From an uncultured Chloroflexia bacterium (GTDB lineage Bacteria > Chloroflexota > Limnocylindria > Limnocylindrales > CSP1-4), in contig CAVTAW010000002.1 in the NCBI GenBank assembly GCA_963732805.1, positions 826,801 through 890,800 of the forward strand: a stretch of 64,000 bases of DNA, written 5' to 3'. Position numbers and translations under genes: made by a program. The notes beneath the pieces were generated by a model, which was not told where the DNA came from, searched no databases, and worked only from the letters and a program-made list of their open reading frames with translations. Each line of letters begins with the position of its first letter. Within the stretch, counting starts at the first letter, position 1. Shown in pieces: positions 53,281-63,365 of the stretch.

Positions 53281-54473
53281 CCGCCCCCGCGCTTCACGCC
53301 GTCCGGCTCACCGGCTGGGGCCGCTATGCTCCGTCCCAGGTGCTGTCCAACGCCGACCTGGAGCGGATGGTCGACACGTCCGACGAGTGGATCGTGACCC
53401 GGACGGGGATCCGGGAGCGCCGCGTCGCCGCCGCGGACGAGACAACCGCCTCGATGGGCGCTGTCGCGGGCCTGCGCGCGATCCGCACGGCGGGGCTGGA
53501 GCCCGACGACATCGACGTGATCCTCGTGGCCACGCTCACGCCGGACTACTGGATGCCCTCCACCGCGGCCCTGGTCAAGGAGGCGATCGGGAACACGCGG
53601 GCGACCGCATTCGACGTGATGGCCGCCTGTTCCGGGTTCGTGTACGCGTACGCGACCGCAACCGCCTACCTGAGCTCGGGGCTGGCTCGCCACGTGCTGG
53701 TGATCGGGGCGGAGCTGCTGACCCGGTTCCTGGACTACACGGACCGCAGCACCTGCATCCTGTTCGGGGACGGCGCCGGGGCCGTCGTGCTGTCGGCGAG
53801 CGACGAGCCCATCGCACCGGCGGGGATCGAGCTGACGACGGAGCCGCAGGGTGCCTACATGATCTGGCTGCCCGCGGGCGGGTCCAAGAGCCCGCCGTCA
53901 CCCGAGACGATCGCGCGCGGGGAGCACAAGATCCGGATGGAGGGCCGCGAGACGTACCGGTTCGCCACGCGCACGCTGGCGTCGACCGCGCTGGCGGCGG
54001 TCGCCAAGGCCGGGCTCACCGCGGACGACATCGACCTGTTCATCCCGCACCAGGCGAACATCCGGATCATCGAGGCGGTGGCCAAGGGCCTCAACCTGCC
54101 GATGGACCGGATGTACGTGAACGTGGACCGGTACGGGAACACCTCGGCGGCATCGGTGCCCATCGCGCTGGCCGAGGCCGTCAACGGTGGACGGGTCAAG
54201 GTCGGCGATCACCTCGTGTTCGTGGCGTTCGGCGCCGGGTTCACCTCGGGTGCCGTCGCGATGGAATGGACCGCCGACCCGGCCCGTGGCCTCGAGGGCG
54301 ACGCAGCGGTCCGCCCGGAGGACGTGTCCGTGCGGCTGCCGGTGGACTGGGACTCGGTGGATCCGATCCCGCCCGCCCTGGCCGAGATCATGCGCCGGCC
54401 GCTTTCCGTTGACCTTGACCTGTCAGACGTCGCGCCCGGCGAGCCGGAGCGCGTGCACCAGCCGGCCCGCTGA
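53277..54473 (+). CDS. fabH: Beta-ketoacyl-ACP synthase III with C-terminal extension
   Basis: DTSDEWI, AACSG, FGDGAGA, PHQAN, GNTSAAS. Confidence 0.95.
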   Translation: MTAPALHAVRLTGWGRYAPSQVLSNADLERMVDTSDEWIVTRTGIRERRVAAADETTASMGAVAGLRAIRTAGLEPDDIDVILVATLTPDYWMPSTAALVKEAIGNTRATAFDVMAACSGFVYAYATATAYLSSGLARHVLVIGAELLTRFLDYTDRSTCILFGDGAGAVVLSASDEPIAPAGIELTTEPQGAYMIWLPAGGSKSPPSPETIARGEHKIRMEGRETYRFATRTLASTALAAVAKAGLTADDIDLFIPHQANIRIIEAVAKGLNLPMDRMYVNVDRYGNTSAASVPIALAEAVNGGRVKVGDHLVFVAFGAGFTSGAVAMEWTADPARGLEGDAAVRPEDVSVRLPVDWDSVDPIPPALAEIMRRPLSVDLDLSDVAPGEPERVHQPAR

Positions 54474-54532
54474 CCGGTCGGGACGAGCTACGGCCGGTTC
54501 GCCCGCCCGGAGCGAGAGGAGGAACGCACCCC

Positions 54533-55282
54533 ATGATCGACCTCACCGGCAAGGTCGCCGTCGTCACGGGCGGTTCACGCGGGATCGGCCGCGCCGTCGC
54601 GATCATGCTGGGCAGGCAGGGAGCGGACGTGGCGTTCATCGACCGGGCCGCCTGCCTCGTGGACGATCACACCAAGGGTGACGTCGAGGCGCTCGGCCGG
54701 CGTTCCGTCTGCGTCGGCGGCGATGTCACCGACCCGGCATCGTGCGCGGCGACGGTCGAGGAGGCGCTCCGGGAGTTCGGCCACATCGACATCCTGGTCA
54801 ACAACGCCGGCATCACCCGCGACGACCTGGCCATGCGGATGAGCGACGCCGCCTGGGCCGAGGTCATCAACGTCAACCTGACCGGCGCCTTCTACATGGC
54901 GCGCGCCGTGCTCCGACCGATGATCAAGCAGCGCTCCGGCCGGATCATCAACATGTCCAGCGTCTCCGGGCAGATGGGCAACGCCGGCCAGGCCAACTAT
55001 TCGGCATCCAAGGCCGGCCTGATCGGCCTGACCAAGGCGCTCGCGCGCGAGGTCGCGTCCCGGGGGATCACGGTCAACGCGGTCGCCCCCGGCTTTGTCG
55101 TGACCGAGCTGACCGACAGCCTGCCGGACACCGTCAAGGACGCGATCAAGAGGGCGACCCCGCTGGGCCGGTTTGCCACGCCGGACGAGATCGCCGCCGC
55201 GGTCGCCTTCCTCGCGTCGGACGAGGCCGCCTACATCACCGGGCAGGTGCTCGGCGTGGACGGCGGCCTCGCGATGATGTAA
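54533..55282 (+). CDS. fabG: 3-oxoacyl-ACP reductase
   Basis: TGGSRGIG, NNAGITRD, GQANYSASKAG. Confidence 0.95.
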   Translation: MIDLTGKVAVVTGGSRGIGRAVAIMLGRQGADVAFIDRAACLVDDHTKGDVEALGRRSVCVGGDVTDPASCAATVEEALREFGHIDILVNNAGITRDDLAMRMSDAAWAEVINVNLTGAFYMARAVLRPMIKQRSGRIINMSSVSGQMGNAGQANYSASKAGLIGLTKALAREVASRGITVNAVAPGFVVTELTDSLPDTVKDAIKRATPLGRFATPDEIAAAVAFLASDEAAYITGQVLGVDGGLAMM

Positions 55283-55285
55283 GCG

Positions 55286-55864
55286 GTGCCGTTCAGCGTC
55301 GAGTCGACCGCCATCCCCGAGGTCCGGCTGGTCCGGCCTCGAGTGTTCCCCGACGAGCGGGGCTGGTTCCTGGAGGTCCTGCGCACCGACGGCTTCGCCG
55401 AGCTCGGGCTGCCGGCCGGGTTCGTCCAGGTAAACCAGTCGCGTTCGGTGCGGGGCGTGATCCGTGGCCTGCACTTCCAGTGGGACCCGCCACAGGGCAA
55501 GCTGATGCGCGTGGTGGCCGGGCGGGCGTTCCTGGTTGCCGTGGACATCCGGCCCGGATCGCCGACCCTCGGGCAGGCGGTGACGGTGGAGGCCTCCGCG
55601 GATGAGCCGCTGCTGGTCTGGGCGCCACCATCGTTCGCGCGTGGGTTCGCCGTGTTGAGCGACATCGCCGAGATCGAGTACTTCTGCACCGCCACCTACG
55701 ACCAGGCCCACGAGTCCGGGATCCGCTGGGATGACCCCGAGATCGGGATCGAGTGGCCCGTGGTCGAGCCTGCGCTGTCCCCCAGGGACATGGCGGCAGG
55801 CACCCTCGCGGACTGGCTGGGGCGGCCGGAGTCGGAGACGTTCCGCTACCGTCCCGACGGCTGA
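55286..55864 (+). CDS. rfbC: dTDP-4-dehydrorhamnose 3,5-epimerase
   Basis: DERGWF, RGLHFQ, QGKL, VDIRPGSPT, IRWDDP. Confidence 0.9.
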   Translation: MPFSVESTAIPEVRLVRPRVFPDERGWFLEVLRTDGFAELGLPAGFVQVNQSRSVRGVIRGLHFQWDPPQGKLMRVVAGRAFLVAVDIRPGSPTLGQAVTVEASADEPLLVWAPPSFARGFAVLSDIAEIEYFCTATYDQAHESGIRWDDPEIGIEWPVVEPALSPRDMAAGTLADWLGRPESETFRYRPDG

Positions 55865-55985
55865 GCGGCCCCGGGCGAAGCGGCTGCAGCGGCCGTCACG
55901 GCGCCGGCCGGCGCCCGGGACAACGGACGCCGGCGGTACCTTCGGTGGGTGCCCCGCGCGGCCCCACGGTGGCAGGATCGCGATC

Positions 55986-57968
55986 GTGCATCGCCCGTCC
56001 ACGACCCGGAATCGCACCTCCGCCTGGCAGAGCCGTGTCCCGGCGACCCGCCTGCATTCCATCGCGTTCGTCGGTGGGCTGATGATCCTGGGCCTGGGCC
56101 TGACAGGCTGGGCGGTGTCGGGCGGCCCCAGCTCGATGCAGGAGCTGCTGATCGTGCTGGACCTCACGGTCGGCGGCACGATCATCACCACCGGCGCCCT
56201 GGTCGGCCGGGCGCGGGCCTCCGAGATGCGCCGCGCGGCCCAGATGGGCGTCCTCCAGCAGACGGCCCGCCGGATGAGCGTCAGCCTCACCCGCAGGGAC
56301 GTCGCGCAGGCGGTGGTCGAGGAGACGCGCCGGGTGATCGACTACCACAACGCCCGCGTCTATGTCCTGGCGCCCCCGGACGACCTGGTCGCCATCGCGT
56401 TCGAGGGTCGGGTCGGCGCCTACGAGAAGGTGGACCTCGAGATCCTGCGGACGAGGATCGGAGAGGGCCTCACGGGGTGGGTCGGCCTGCACCGGCGGCC
56501 CCTCCGGATCGACGACGTCGTGACCGACCCGCGAGGGGTGACGATCCCGGGGACCGACGATGTCGACGAGTCGATGCTCGTGGTGCCCATGCAGCACGAC
56601 GACGAGCTCATCGGCGTGATCACGCTGTCCAAGCTCGGGCTCCACCAGTTCGACGATGATGACCTCCGGCTGCTCACGATCATCGCCGACCAGGCGGCCA
56701 CCGCCTTCTCCGGCGCTGACCTGATGGCCGAGACACGGCGGCTGGCGTCAGAGCTTCGGCAGCTGCTGGACATGAGCAGCGCCCTCTCACGCTCGCTGGA
56801 CCCGCGAGCGGTCGCCGACCTGATGGCCGAGCACCTTGCCCGGGCCGTGGGGGCCGACCAGGCACAGATCAGCGACTGGGACCAGCCGAACGACCGGCTG
56901 CGGACGCTGGGCTGCTACCCGGTCGCGACGCGTGGCGTGCTCGATGACTACTATCCCCTGGCCGGCTACCCGGTGACGCGACGCGTGCTGGAGGGCGGGG
57001 TCCTCGAGATCGTGGACGCGGACGAGCCGGGCGCCGACCCGGCCGAGGTGGAGCTGCTGCGGCGCGATGGGCAGCGCGGGCTGGTGATGCTTCCCCTGGT
57101 CGTGAACGACCGCGTGATCGGGCTGGTGGAGCTCGTCTCGACGGGGCGGCCGACGGCCGACGCCGGCCGGATCACGCTTGCCCGCACGATGGCGCACGAG
57201 GCGGCGATGGCACTCGAGAACGCCCGCCTGTACGAAACTGCCCGAAACCTGGCGGACCGCGACCCGCTGACCGGCTTCTTCAACCACCGGTACCTGCAGG
57301 AGCGGCTGTCGGAGGAGGTGGTGCGGGCCGTCCGGACGCACCGGCCGCTGAGCGTCGTGATGCTCGACCTCGACGACTTCAAGCTGGTCAACGACACGTT
57401 CGGCCACCTGTACGGCGACGGTGTCCTGGTGCACGTGGCGGGCCTGATCCGCTCCGTCCTGCGGACGTCCGACGTCGCCGCCCGCTACGGGGGAGACGAG
57501 TTCGCCCTCGTCCTGCCCGAGACCACGCACACCGACGCGATGCGCGTGGCCGACCGACTGATCCGGGCCTTCCGGGCCGCGCCGTTCTCGGCCGATGGCC
57601 GCCGGCCGTTCCCGCTGGGCGCGTCGATCGGTATTGCGACCCACCCGGGAGACGGCCGGTCGGCGACCGAGCTCCTGGCCGTGGCCGATACCGGCCTGTA
57701 CGCGGCGAAGAGCGCCGGTGGCAACCGGGTCGGGCCGGCGCGGCCGACGGCTCGGGCGCCCAGGGGCGCGGCCCAGCGAGCCGGAGAAGGGCCCGGAGCG
57801 GGGGCGCTCGCGGCCCAGCGAGCCGGAGAAGGGCCCGACGGCGGACCCGCCTCCGGAGCCCCGTCTGCCCGGCAGACCAGGCCGCCGGACGCGATTCCCG
57901 GCGGTCCCACCGGCGACGGATCCGTCCGGGTCACGGCGGCCGCTCCGGTGGGGTCGGGTGAGGCCTGA
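55986..57968 (+). CDS. Membrane-anchored diguanylate cyclase (2 TM, GAF, GAF, GGDEF)
   Basis: DPLTG, DLDDFKLVND, I-site RTSD and RYGGDEF; start approximate. Confidence 0.92.
   Translation: MHRPSTTRNRTSAWQSRVPATRLHSIAFVGGLMILGLGLTGWAVSGGPSSMQELLIVLDLTVGGTIITTGALVGRARASEMRRAAQMGVLQQTARRMSVSLTRRDVAQAVVEETRRVIDYHNARVYVLAPPDDLVAIAFEGRVGAYEKVDLEILRTRIGEGLTGWVGLHRRPLRIDDVVTDPRGVTIPGTDDVDESMLVVPMQHDDELIGVITLSKLGLHQFDDDDLRLLTIIADQAATAFSGADLMAETRRLASELRQLLDMSSALSRSLDPRAVADLMAEHLARAVGADQAQISDWDQPNDRLRTLGCYPVATRGVLDDYYPLAGYPVTRRVLEGGVLEIVDADEPGADPAEVELLRRDGQRGLVMLPLVVNDRVIGLVELVSTGRPTADAGRITLARTMAHEAAMALENARLYETARNLADRDPLTGFFNHRYLQERLSEEVVRAVRTHRPLSVVMLDLDDFKLVNDTFGHLYGDGVLVHVAGLIRSVLRTSDVAARYGGDEFALVLPETTHTDAMRVADRLIRAFRAAPFSADGRRPFPLGASIGIATHPGDGRSATELLAVADTGLYAAKSAGGNRVGPARPTARAPRGAAQRAGEGPGAGALAAQRAGEGPDGGPASGAPSARQTRPPDAIPGGPTGDGSVRVTAAAPVGSGEA
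57767..57837 (+). repeat. 29-bp direct repeat encoding AAQRAGEGP twice in the DGC tail
   Basis: Copies at 57767-57795 and 57809-57837. Confidence 0.8.
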
Positions 57969-58059
57969 TCCAGTACGGAAGTACCAGGACCGGATCCCCG
58001 ACAGTACTGGCCCCTGACCTTGCCGGGCGTCGTGCCGGGTCCCATGCTATGGACCCAGG

Positions 58060-59499
58060 GTGAGACTCCGGGGACGCGACTTGGGCGACATCGGGCAGCG
58101 CACCGATCTGCGTGCCCTGACGCGGCGCCCCTTCGTCCTCACGTTCGTCGCCCTGGGAGCCATCGAGCTGCTCCGGCTCGTTCTCGACCCCCGGCCCATC
58201 GACCTGCTGGTGCTGCTGCTGGTCGGCCTCGTGGGACTCGCCGCGATCCGCGAGCGTGAGGCCGTCGCCGGAACCGAGGGCACCCGCCGGACCGAGGCGG
58301 AGTCGTTCGCCCGGATCCTCCGCGGGCTGGCCCGTTCCGTGTCCCCGGACGCGATCGTCGCCGCCATCGTCGAGGAGCTCGGCTCCGGCACGGGCGCAGA
58401 TCACGTGGCGGTCGTGCGTCGCCGCCCGGAGGCCAGGGTCCTCGAGGCAGTGCTGTCGCCGACCCGGCCCGGTGCGCCGGCATCGCGGACGTCCCTGCCA
58501 CTGTCCGAGCTGGACGACCCCGCCGACGAGCAGGCACGCTCGGCCCTCGCGATGGCGGCGTCCAGGGGACGCAGGCTGACAGCCGTCCCGATCGAGCCGG
58601 ATCCGGACGGTGATCCGCAGCTGGTCCCGCTGGGGATCGCGGCCGATCGACTCGGCGGGGCCGGCGGGCGGGGCGGGAGCCGCCTCGCCTACGCGGGCGT
58701 CCCGGCCGGCGTCGCAGTCGCAGCCCCGACTGCGCCCCCGCGCGCGCGCCGGGGGCCGCAGGCCACCCCCGCACGGGAGGGCGCGGAGCAGCGGATCGCG
58801 GATCGGATCGCCTGGCGGCTCCGGGACGTGTACGGCCTGAGCAACGTGCTTGCGGCGCCGCTGCGCGTCAACGGGCGCGTGGAGGGTGCCGTCATCCTGT
58901 CTCGTCGCACGAGCGACGCATGGCCGGCCAGTGCCCGGAGGATCCTCGAGGCTGCCACGGTCGAGGCATCAGCTGCTCTCGCCCGCGTCTACACGCTGCG
59001 TGACGCCGAGGCACGGGCCAGCACCGACGCCCTGACCGGTCTCCCGAACCGCCGCTACTTCGACGAGTACCTGGTCCTGCTGGCCAGGCGCCGCCGCGCG
59101 GAGGACCAGGTCGGCGTGCTGATGGTCGACATCGACCGGTTCAAGAAGCTCAACGACACGTTCGGGCACGCGGTCGGCGACCATGTCCTGCGCGACGTGG
59201 CCCACGCGATCGCCGGCGCGGTCCGGGAGGATGACGTCCCGGCCCGCTTCGGTGGCGAGGAGTTCGCGGTGCTGCTCCGCAACCCGACCCTGGAGGTGGC
59301 CGTCGAGGTCGGCGAGCGGGTCCGGCAGGCGGTGGCGTCGCTGGACCTGCGCAAGCTGGGCGTGCCCGGCGTCACGGTCTCGGTCGGAGTGGCCGTAGCG
59401 GAATCCCCGGAGGAACCGCTGGACATCGTGATCGATGCCGCCGACCGCGCGCTCTACAGCGCGAAGCGGGCCGGCCGGGACCGGGTGGTCGCGGCGTAG
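58060..59499 (+). CDS. Membrane-anchored diguanylate cyclase (2 TM, GAF-like, GGEEF)
   Basis: DALTGLPNRR, DIDRFKKLND, I-site REDD and RFGGEEF. Confidence 0.92.
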   Translation: MRLRGRDLGDIGQRTDLRALTRRPFVLTFVALGAIELLRLVLDPRPIDLLVLLLVGLVGLAAIREREAVAGTEGTRRTEAESFARILRGLARSVSPDAIVAAIVEELGSGTGADHVAVVRRRPEARVLEAVLSPTRPGAPASRTSLPLSELDDPADEQARSALAMAASRGRRLTAVPIEPDPDGDPQLVPLGIAADRLGGAGGRGGSRLAYAGVPAGVAVAAPTAPPRARRGPQATPAREGAEQRIADRIAWRLRDVYGLSNVLAAPLRVNGRVEGAVILSRRTSDAWPASARRILEAATVEASAALARVYTLRDAEARASTDALTGLPNRRYFDEYLVLLARRRRAEDQVGVLMVDIDRFKKLNDTFGHAVGDHVLRDVAHAIAGAVREDDVPARFGGEEFAVLLRNPTLEVAVEVGERVRQAVASLDLRKLGVPGVTVSVGVAVAESPEEPLDIVIDAADRALYSAKRAGRDRVVAA

Positions 59500-59563
59500 C
59501 CCACGCGTTGCGTGCCGGCTGCGGCGCCATCGGGCGCGGGAGCGCCCCTCTACCATGGGCCGC

Positions 59564-61399
59564 ATGGCCGCTCCCGAACGACCCGGCGCCCACCCGCCCA
59601 CGAACGCCGACCTGGCCCGGATGTTCCACGAGATCGGGGACATCCTGGAGGTCAAGGGCGAGCTGGTGTTCAAGACCGTCGCCTACCACCGGGCTGCCGA
59701 CGCGATCGCCCGCGCCCCGTTCGATGTCGCGGCCACCTACGCCGCCGGCGACCGGCGCCCGATCCCGGGCGTCGGCCAGGCGATCGGCGACAAGATCGTC
59801 GAGGTCGCCACCACCGGCCGGATGGCCCTCCACGACCGGCTGCGTGCCGAGATCCCGGCCAGCCTCGTGGACCTGCTGCAGATTCCTGGGGTGGGGCCCA
59901 GGACGGTCCGGCTGGCCCACGAGGAGCTGGGCGTCGAGAGCCTCGACGACCTGCGGATCGCTGCCGAGGCCGGGCGCCTGCGTGGCCTGCGCGGTGTGTC
60001 CGCCGGCACGGAGCAGCGGATCCTGGAGGGCATCGCCCAGCTGGAATCGCGCCCGCAGCGACTCCTGCTCGACCGGGCCCAGGCACTGTCCGATGACCTG
60101 GCCGGATCGCTGGTGGAGGTGGCGGGCGTTCGGCGTGTCGTTCAGGCCGGTTCGCTCCGGCGCCGGCGCGAGACCATCGGCGACCTGGACCTGCTCGTCG
60201 AGACCGACGAACCGGACGCGGCGATCGACCGCTTCGTCCACCTCGGCGTCGTGGACAAGGTCCTCGGCGCCGGTCATGCGAAGGCGAGCGTGCGTCTCAT
60301 CCGCGGTCCCCAGGTGGACCTGATGGTCATGCCGCCCGGCGAGTCCGGTACCTACCTCGTCCACTTCACGGGCTCGGCCGCCCACAACATTCGCCTTCGG
60401 GGCATCGCTCGTGACCGCGGCTGGAGCCTGTCCGAGAAGGGGTTTGCCCGCCTGGGGGACGACGGCGAGCCGCTGTCCGGCGCGCAGGCGGAGCTGCGCA
60501 CCTTCGCCACCGAGGCCGAGGCCTATGCGTTCCTGGACCTGCCGTTCATCGAGCCAGAGCTGCGGGAGGACCGGGGCGAGATCGAGGCCGCGCGCGAGGG
60601 ACGGCTACCCTCGCTGGTCGAGCGAGCCGACCTGCGCGGTGATCTCCACACGCACTCGGACTGGAGCGACGGCGTCCACCCGATCGAGGTCATGGCCGAT
60701 GCGGCCCGCCGGCTCGGGTACAGCTACCAGGTGCTGACCGATCATTCCCAGGGCCTCGCCATCGCCCACGGGCTGGAACCTGACCGCGTGGAGCTGCAGC
60801 GGACGATCATCGCCCGGCTCAACGCTCGCTTCGCGGCCGAGGAGGCCGCCGGCACGCTGCCGCCCGGAGCCGCTCCGGGCGGGTTCCGGCTGCTGCACGG
60901 CTGCGAGCTGGAGGTCCGGGCCGACGGCCGGCTGGACTACGAGGACGACCTGCTCGCTCGCTTCGACCTTGTCGTGGCCTCGGTCCACGTCGCCCGGCGC
61001 CAGTCGCGCGCCGAGCTGACGCGACGAACGCTGAACGCGATCGGCAGCCCGCACGTCGACGTCATCGCCCACCCCGCGGGGCGGATGATCCAGTCGCGCG
61101 ACGATCTCGACCTGGACTGGGACGTGGTGTTCCAGGCCGCCGCGGCGACCGGCACCGCGCTGGAGATCAACGGGTCGCCGCACCGGCTCGACCTTGCGCC
61201 GGAGCGCGCGAGACGGGCGCTCGAGGCCGGGTGCCTCCTGTCCATCGACTCCGATGCCCATCGCACCGACGAGCTGGAGTACGTCCGGTGGGGCGTGGAC
61301 CAGGCTCGCCGGGCGTGGGCGGAACCCCGCCACGTGCTGAACACGCGCAGCCGGGATCGGCTGCTGGCCTGGCTGGCTGCCAAGCCGTCGCGGGTGTGA
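59564..61399 (+). CDS. polX: DNA polymerase X with PHP 3'-5' exonuclease domain
   Basis: GSLRRRRETIGDLDLL, VDL, HFTGS; PHP motifs DLHTHSDWSDG, TDHS, AHP, DSDAH; TACCAT 7 nt before ATG 59564. Confidence 0.96.
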   Translation: MAAPERPGAHPPTNADLARMFHEIGDILEVKGELVFKTVAYHRAADAIARAPFDVAATYAAGDRRPIPGVGQAIGDKIVEVATTGRMALHDRLRAEIPASLVDLLQIPGVGPRTVRLAHEELGVESLDDLRIAAEAGRLRGLRGVSAGTEQRILEGIAQLESRPQRLLLDRAQALSDDLAGSLVEVAGVRRVVQAGSLRRRRETIGDLDLLVETDEPDAAIDRFVHLGVVDKVLGAGHAKASVRLIRGPQVDLMVMPPGESGTYLVHFTGSAAHNIRLRGIARDRGWSLSEKGFARLGDDGEPLSGAQAELRTFATEAEAYAFLDLPFIEPELREDRGEIEAAREGRLPSLVERADLRGDLHTHSDWSDGVHPIEVMADAARRLGYSYQVLTDHSQGLAIAHGLEPDRVELQRTIIARLNARFAAEEAAGTLPPGAAPGGFRLLHGCELEVRADGRLDYEDDLLARFDLVVASVHVARRQSRAELTRRTLNAIGSPHVDVIAHPAGRMIQSRDDLDLDWDVVFQAAAATGTALEINGSPHRLDLAPERARRALEAGCLLSIDSDAHRTDELEYVRWGVDQARRAWAEPRHVLNTRSRDRLLAWLAAKPSRV

Positions 61400-62289
61400 G
61401 CATCGCGGCCGGCACCGGCACCGGCACCGGCACCGGGACCGGGGCCGGGATTCGCGACGTACCATCGTCGCCGATGGATCTCCGCGACCAGACGCAGATC
61501 GATGCGCGCCGCGAGCTGGTGCTGGTGGCCGTCGTGCTCGTTGCCATGACGCGCCTGGTCGAGCCCGCGGACGCGTTCCTCGTGGCAGGCCTGCTCCCGA
61601 TCGTGATCCTGCTGGCGGGCATCGGCGTGGTGGGGACGAGCCAGTCCGGTGGGCGGCCGTTCGAGGCGCTCCTGGTCCCGGCCGTGCTCACGGGCGGCGC
61701 AGGTGCCGCCATCCACCTCATCCCGATCGGCCTGGCCCTGGTGCCGGCGCTGGCCGCGTTCGCATTCGTCCTCGACCGGATCCTGCTGCTGGAGGCGCGG
61801 TTGATCGGACAGCCGTCCGGCCCATCGGACGCGGATCGCTCACGGGTGGTGCTCGGGGCGGTCGTCACGGCGTTCGTCGCGTTCACGGGGATCGCCACCC
61901 TCGTGCCCGGCGGTCTGGCCGAGCCCGGGTCTGCCGGTGGCACGACCCTGTCGGGGGGTTGGCTGATCGTCCTGGCGGTCGACGACGCTCTCGTGGCGAT
62001 GCTCCTCGGCTTCCGTGTGGCGGTGTTCCGGTACGGGGCGATGCTCGACGCGGCGCGCTCCGCGCTGACCTACGCGATCGTGGTCGCGGTCGCGGCCGGC
62101 GCGATTCGAGCCGTGGATCTCCCGCGGCTCGTGGGACCCGCGGTGCTTACGCTGGTGTTCTACCTCTGGGATGCGCTCCACGGCACGGCGCCCGCTCGCA
62201 GGCGCGAGCCGCGATTCCTGTGGGAGACGATCCTGCTGGTGACGCTGGGCGTCGTGGTCGTGCTCTGGAACCAGCGGTTGCCGGGCTAG
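61396..62289 (+). CDS. Polytopic membrane protein of unknown function
   Basis: About 9 hydrophobic segments; GTGA overlap with polX (alternative ATG 61474); GGCACC x4 at 61411-61434. Confidence 0.75.
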   Translation: MSIAAGTGTGTGTGTGAGIRDVPSSPMDLRDQTQIDARRELVLVAVVLVAMTRLVEPADAFLVAGLLPIVILLAGIGVVGTSQSGGRPFEALLVPAVLTGGAGAAIHLIPIGLALVPALAAFAFVLDRILLLEARLIGQPSGPSDADRSRVVLGAVVTAFVAFTGIATLVPGGLAEPGSAGGTTLSGGWLIVLAVDDALVAMLLGFRVAVFRYGAMLDAARSALTYAIVVAVAAGAIRAVDLPRLVGPAVLTLVFYLWDALHGTAPARRREPRFLWETILLVTLGVVVVLWNQRLPG

Positions 62290-62403
62290 CGCCGGCTCCT
62301 GCGCGTTTGACGCCGTGCCCGGGGGATGCTAGAAACACGTGCCCGTGACCGATGCTGTGTCGGCGTGCCCGCCTTCGACCCGCCACATGGCCGACGCGTC
62401 CCG

Positions 62404-63285
62404 ATGGACCGAAAGGACGACCGCTCCGTGACCTTCCCCGAGATCGATGCCGCTGCCCAGACGCCAGCAGGCCAGACGCGACTCAAGCGGCAGCTGGCCG
62501 AGCAGGCCATCGCGCACGCGTCGGCTGCTCAGTGGGCCGATGCCGCCGAGACGAACCGGCGGCTGCTCGAGCTCGGTCCCGACTCCGAGGCCGAGAACCG
62601 CCTGGCCAAGGCGCTATGGGAGCTGGGCGAGCTGGGCGACGCCCGGGAGCACTACCAGAAGGCGCTCGCGCTGGATCCCACCAACCGGATCGCCGAGCGC
62701 AACATCGACCGCCTGAAGGTGCTCCTGGTCGACGCCGGAGAGCGCACGGTGCCCGCCAAGCCCGGCTCCAAGGCGCCCGTGAGCATCTTCGTCGAGGAGA
62801 CCGGGAAGACCGGCTTCGCGCATCTGACCAATCTCGCCCGTCCCGCGGAGCTGGCGCAGGTGAATCCCGGCGACCTCGTGGAGCTGGTGCCCGAGGCCAA
62901 TCGCCTGATCGCGATCAGCAACGACGTCCGGATCGGTGTCGTGGAGCCCAGGGTCGCGGCGCGCCTGCTCAAGCTCATCGCGGACGGCAACAAGTACCTG
63001 GCCGGGGTGACCTCGCTCGGCGACCGTGACGTGCGCCTGATCATCCGCGAGGTGTTCCAGGATCCGCGCAACTACGGCAAGGTGAGCTTCCCGACGGCCG
63101 CCAAGTCCTCGGACCTGCGCCCGTACACCAAGGGAACCCTGGTGCGCGAGGACGAGGAGCTCGAGGAGGAGCTCGAGGACGACATCGAGGACGAGGAGAT
63201 CGAGAACCTCGATCGCGTGCTGCCGCCGGAGGAGACCACGGACGAGGCGTTCGAGGAAGAGACGGACGACCTCGACGAGTCCTAG
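62404..63285 (+). CDS. TPR protein with HIRAN-like C-terminal domain and acidic tail
   Basis: TPR (AENRLAKALWELGELGDAREHYQKALALDPTN), then FVEETGKT, GDLVEL...IGVVEPRVAARL...GNKY; D/E-rich end. Confidence 0.8.
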   Translation: MDRKDDRSVTFPEIDAAAQTPAGQTRLKRQLAEQAIAHASAAQWADAAETNRRLLELGPDSEAENRLAKALWELGELGDAREHYQKALALDPTNRIAERNIDRLKVLLVDAGERTVPAKPGSKAPVSIFVEETGKTGFAHLTNLARPAELAQVNPGDLVELVPEANRLIAISNDVRIGVVEPRVAARLLKLIADGNKYLAGVTSLGDRDVRLIIREVFQDPRNYGKVSFPTAAKSSDLRPYTKGTLVREDEELEEELEDDIEDEEIENLDRVLPPEETTDEAFEEETDDLDES

Positions 63286-63365
63286 CGGCGCACACCACTT
63301 GGCCGGTCGCCCGCTGCGACCCGGCCGCGCGCCCGCTGCCTCGCCGGTCTGCGACAATCCCGGCC

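Noticed and set aside
61411-61434. GGCACC x4 as a phase-variation tract
   Set aside because: The unit length of 6 keeps the frame, and it may lie upstream of the true start.
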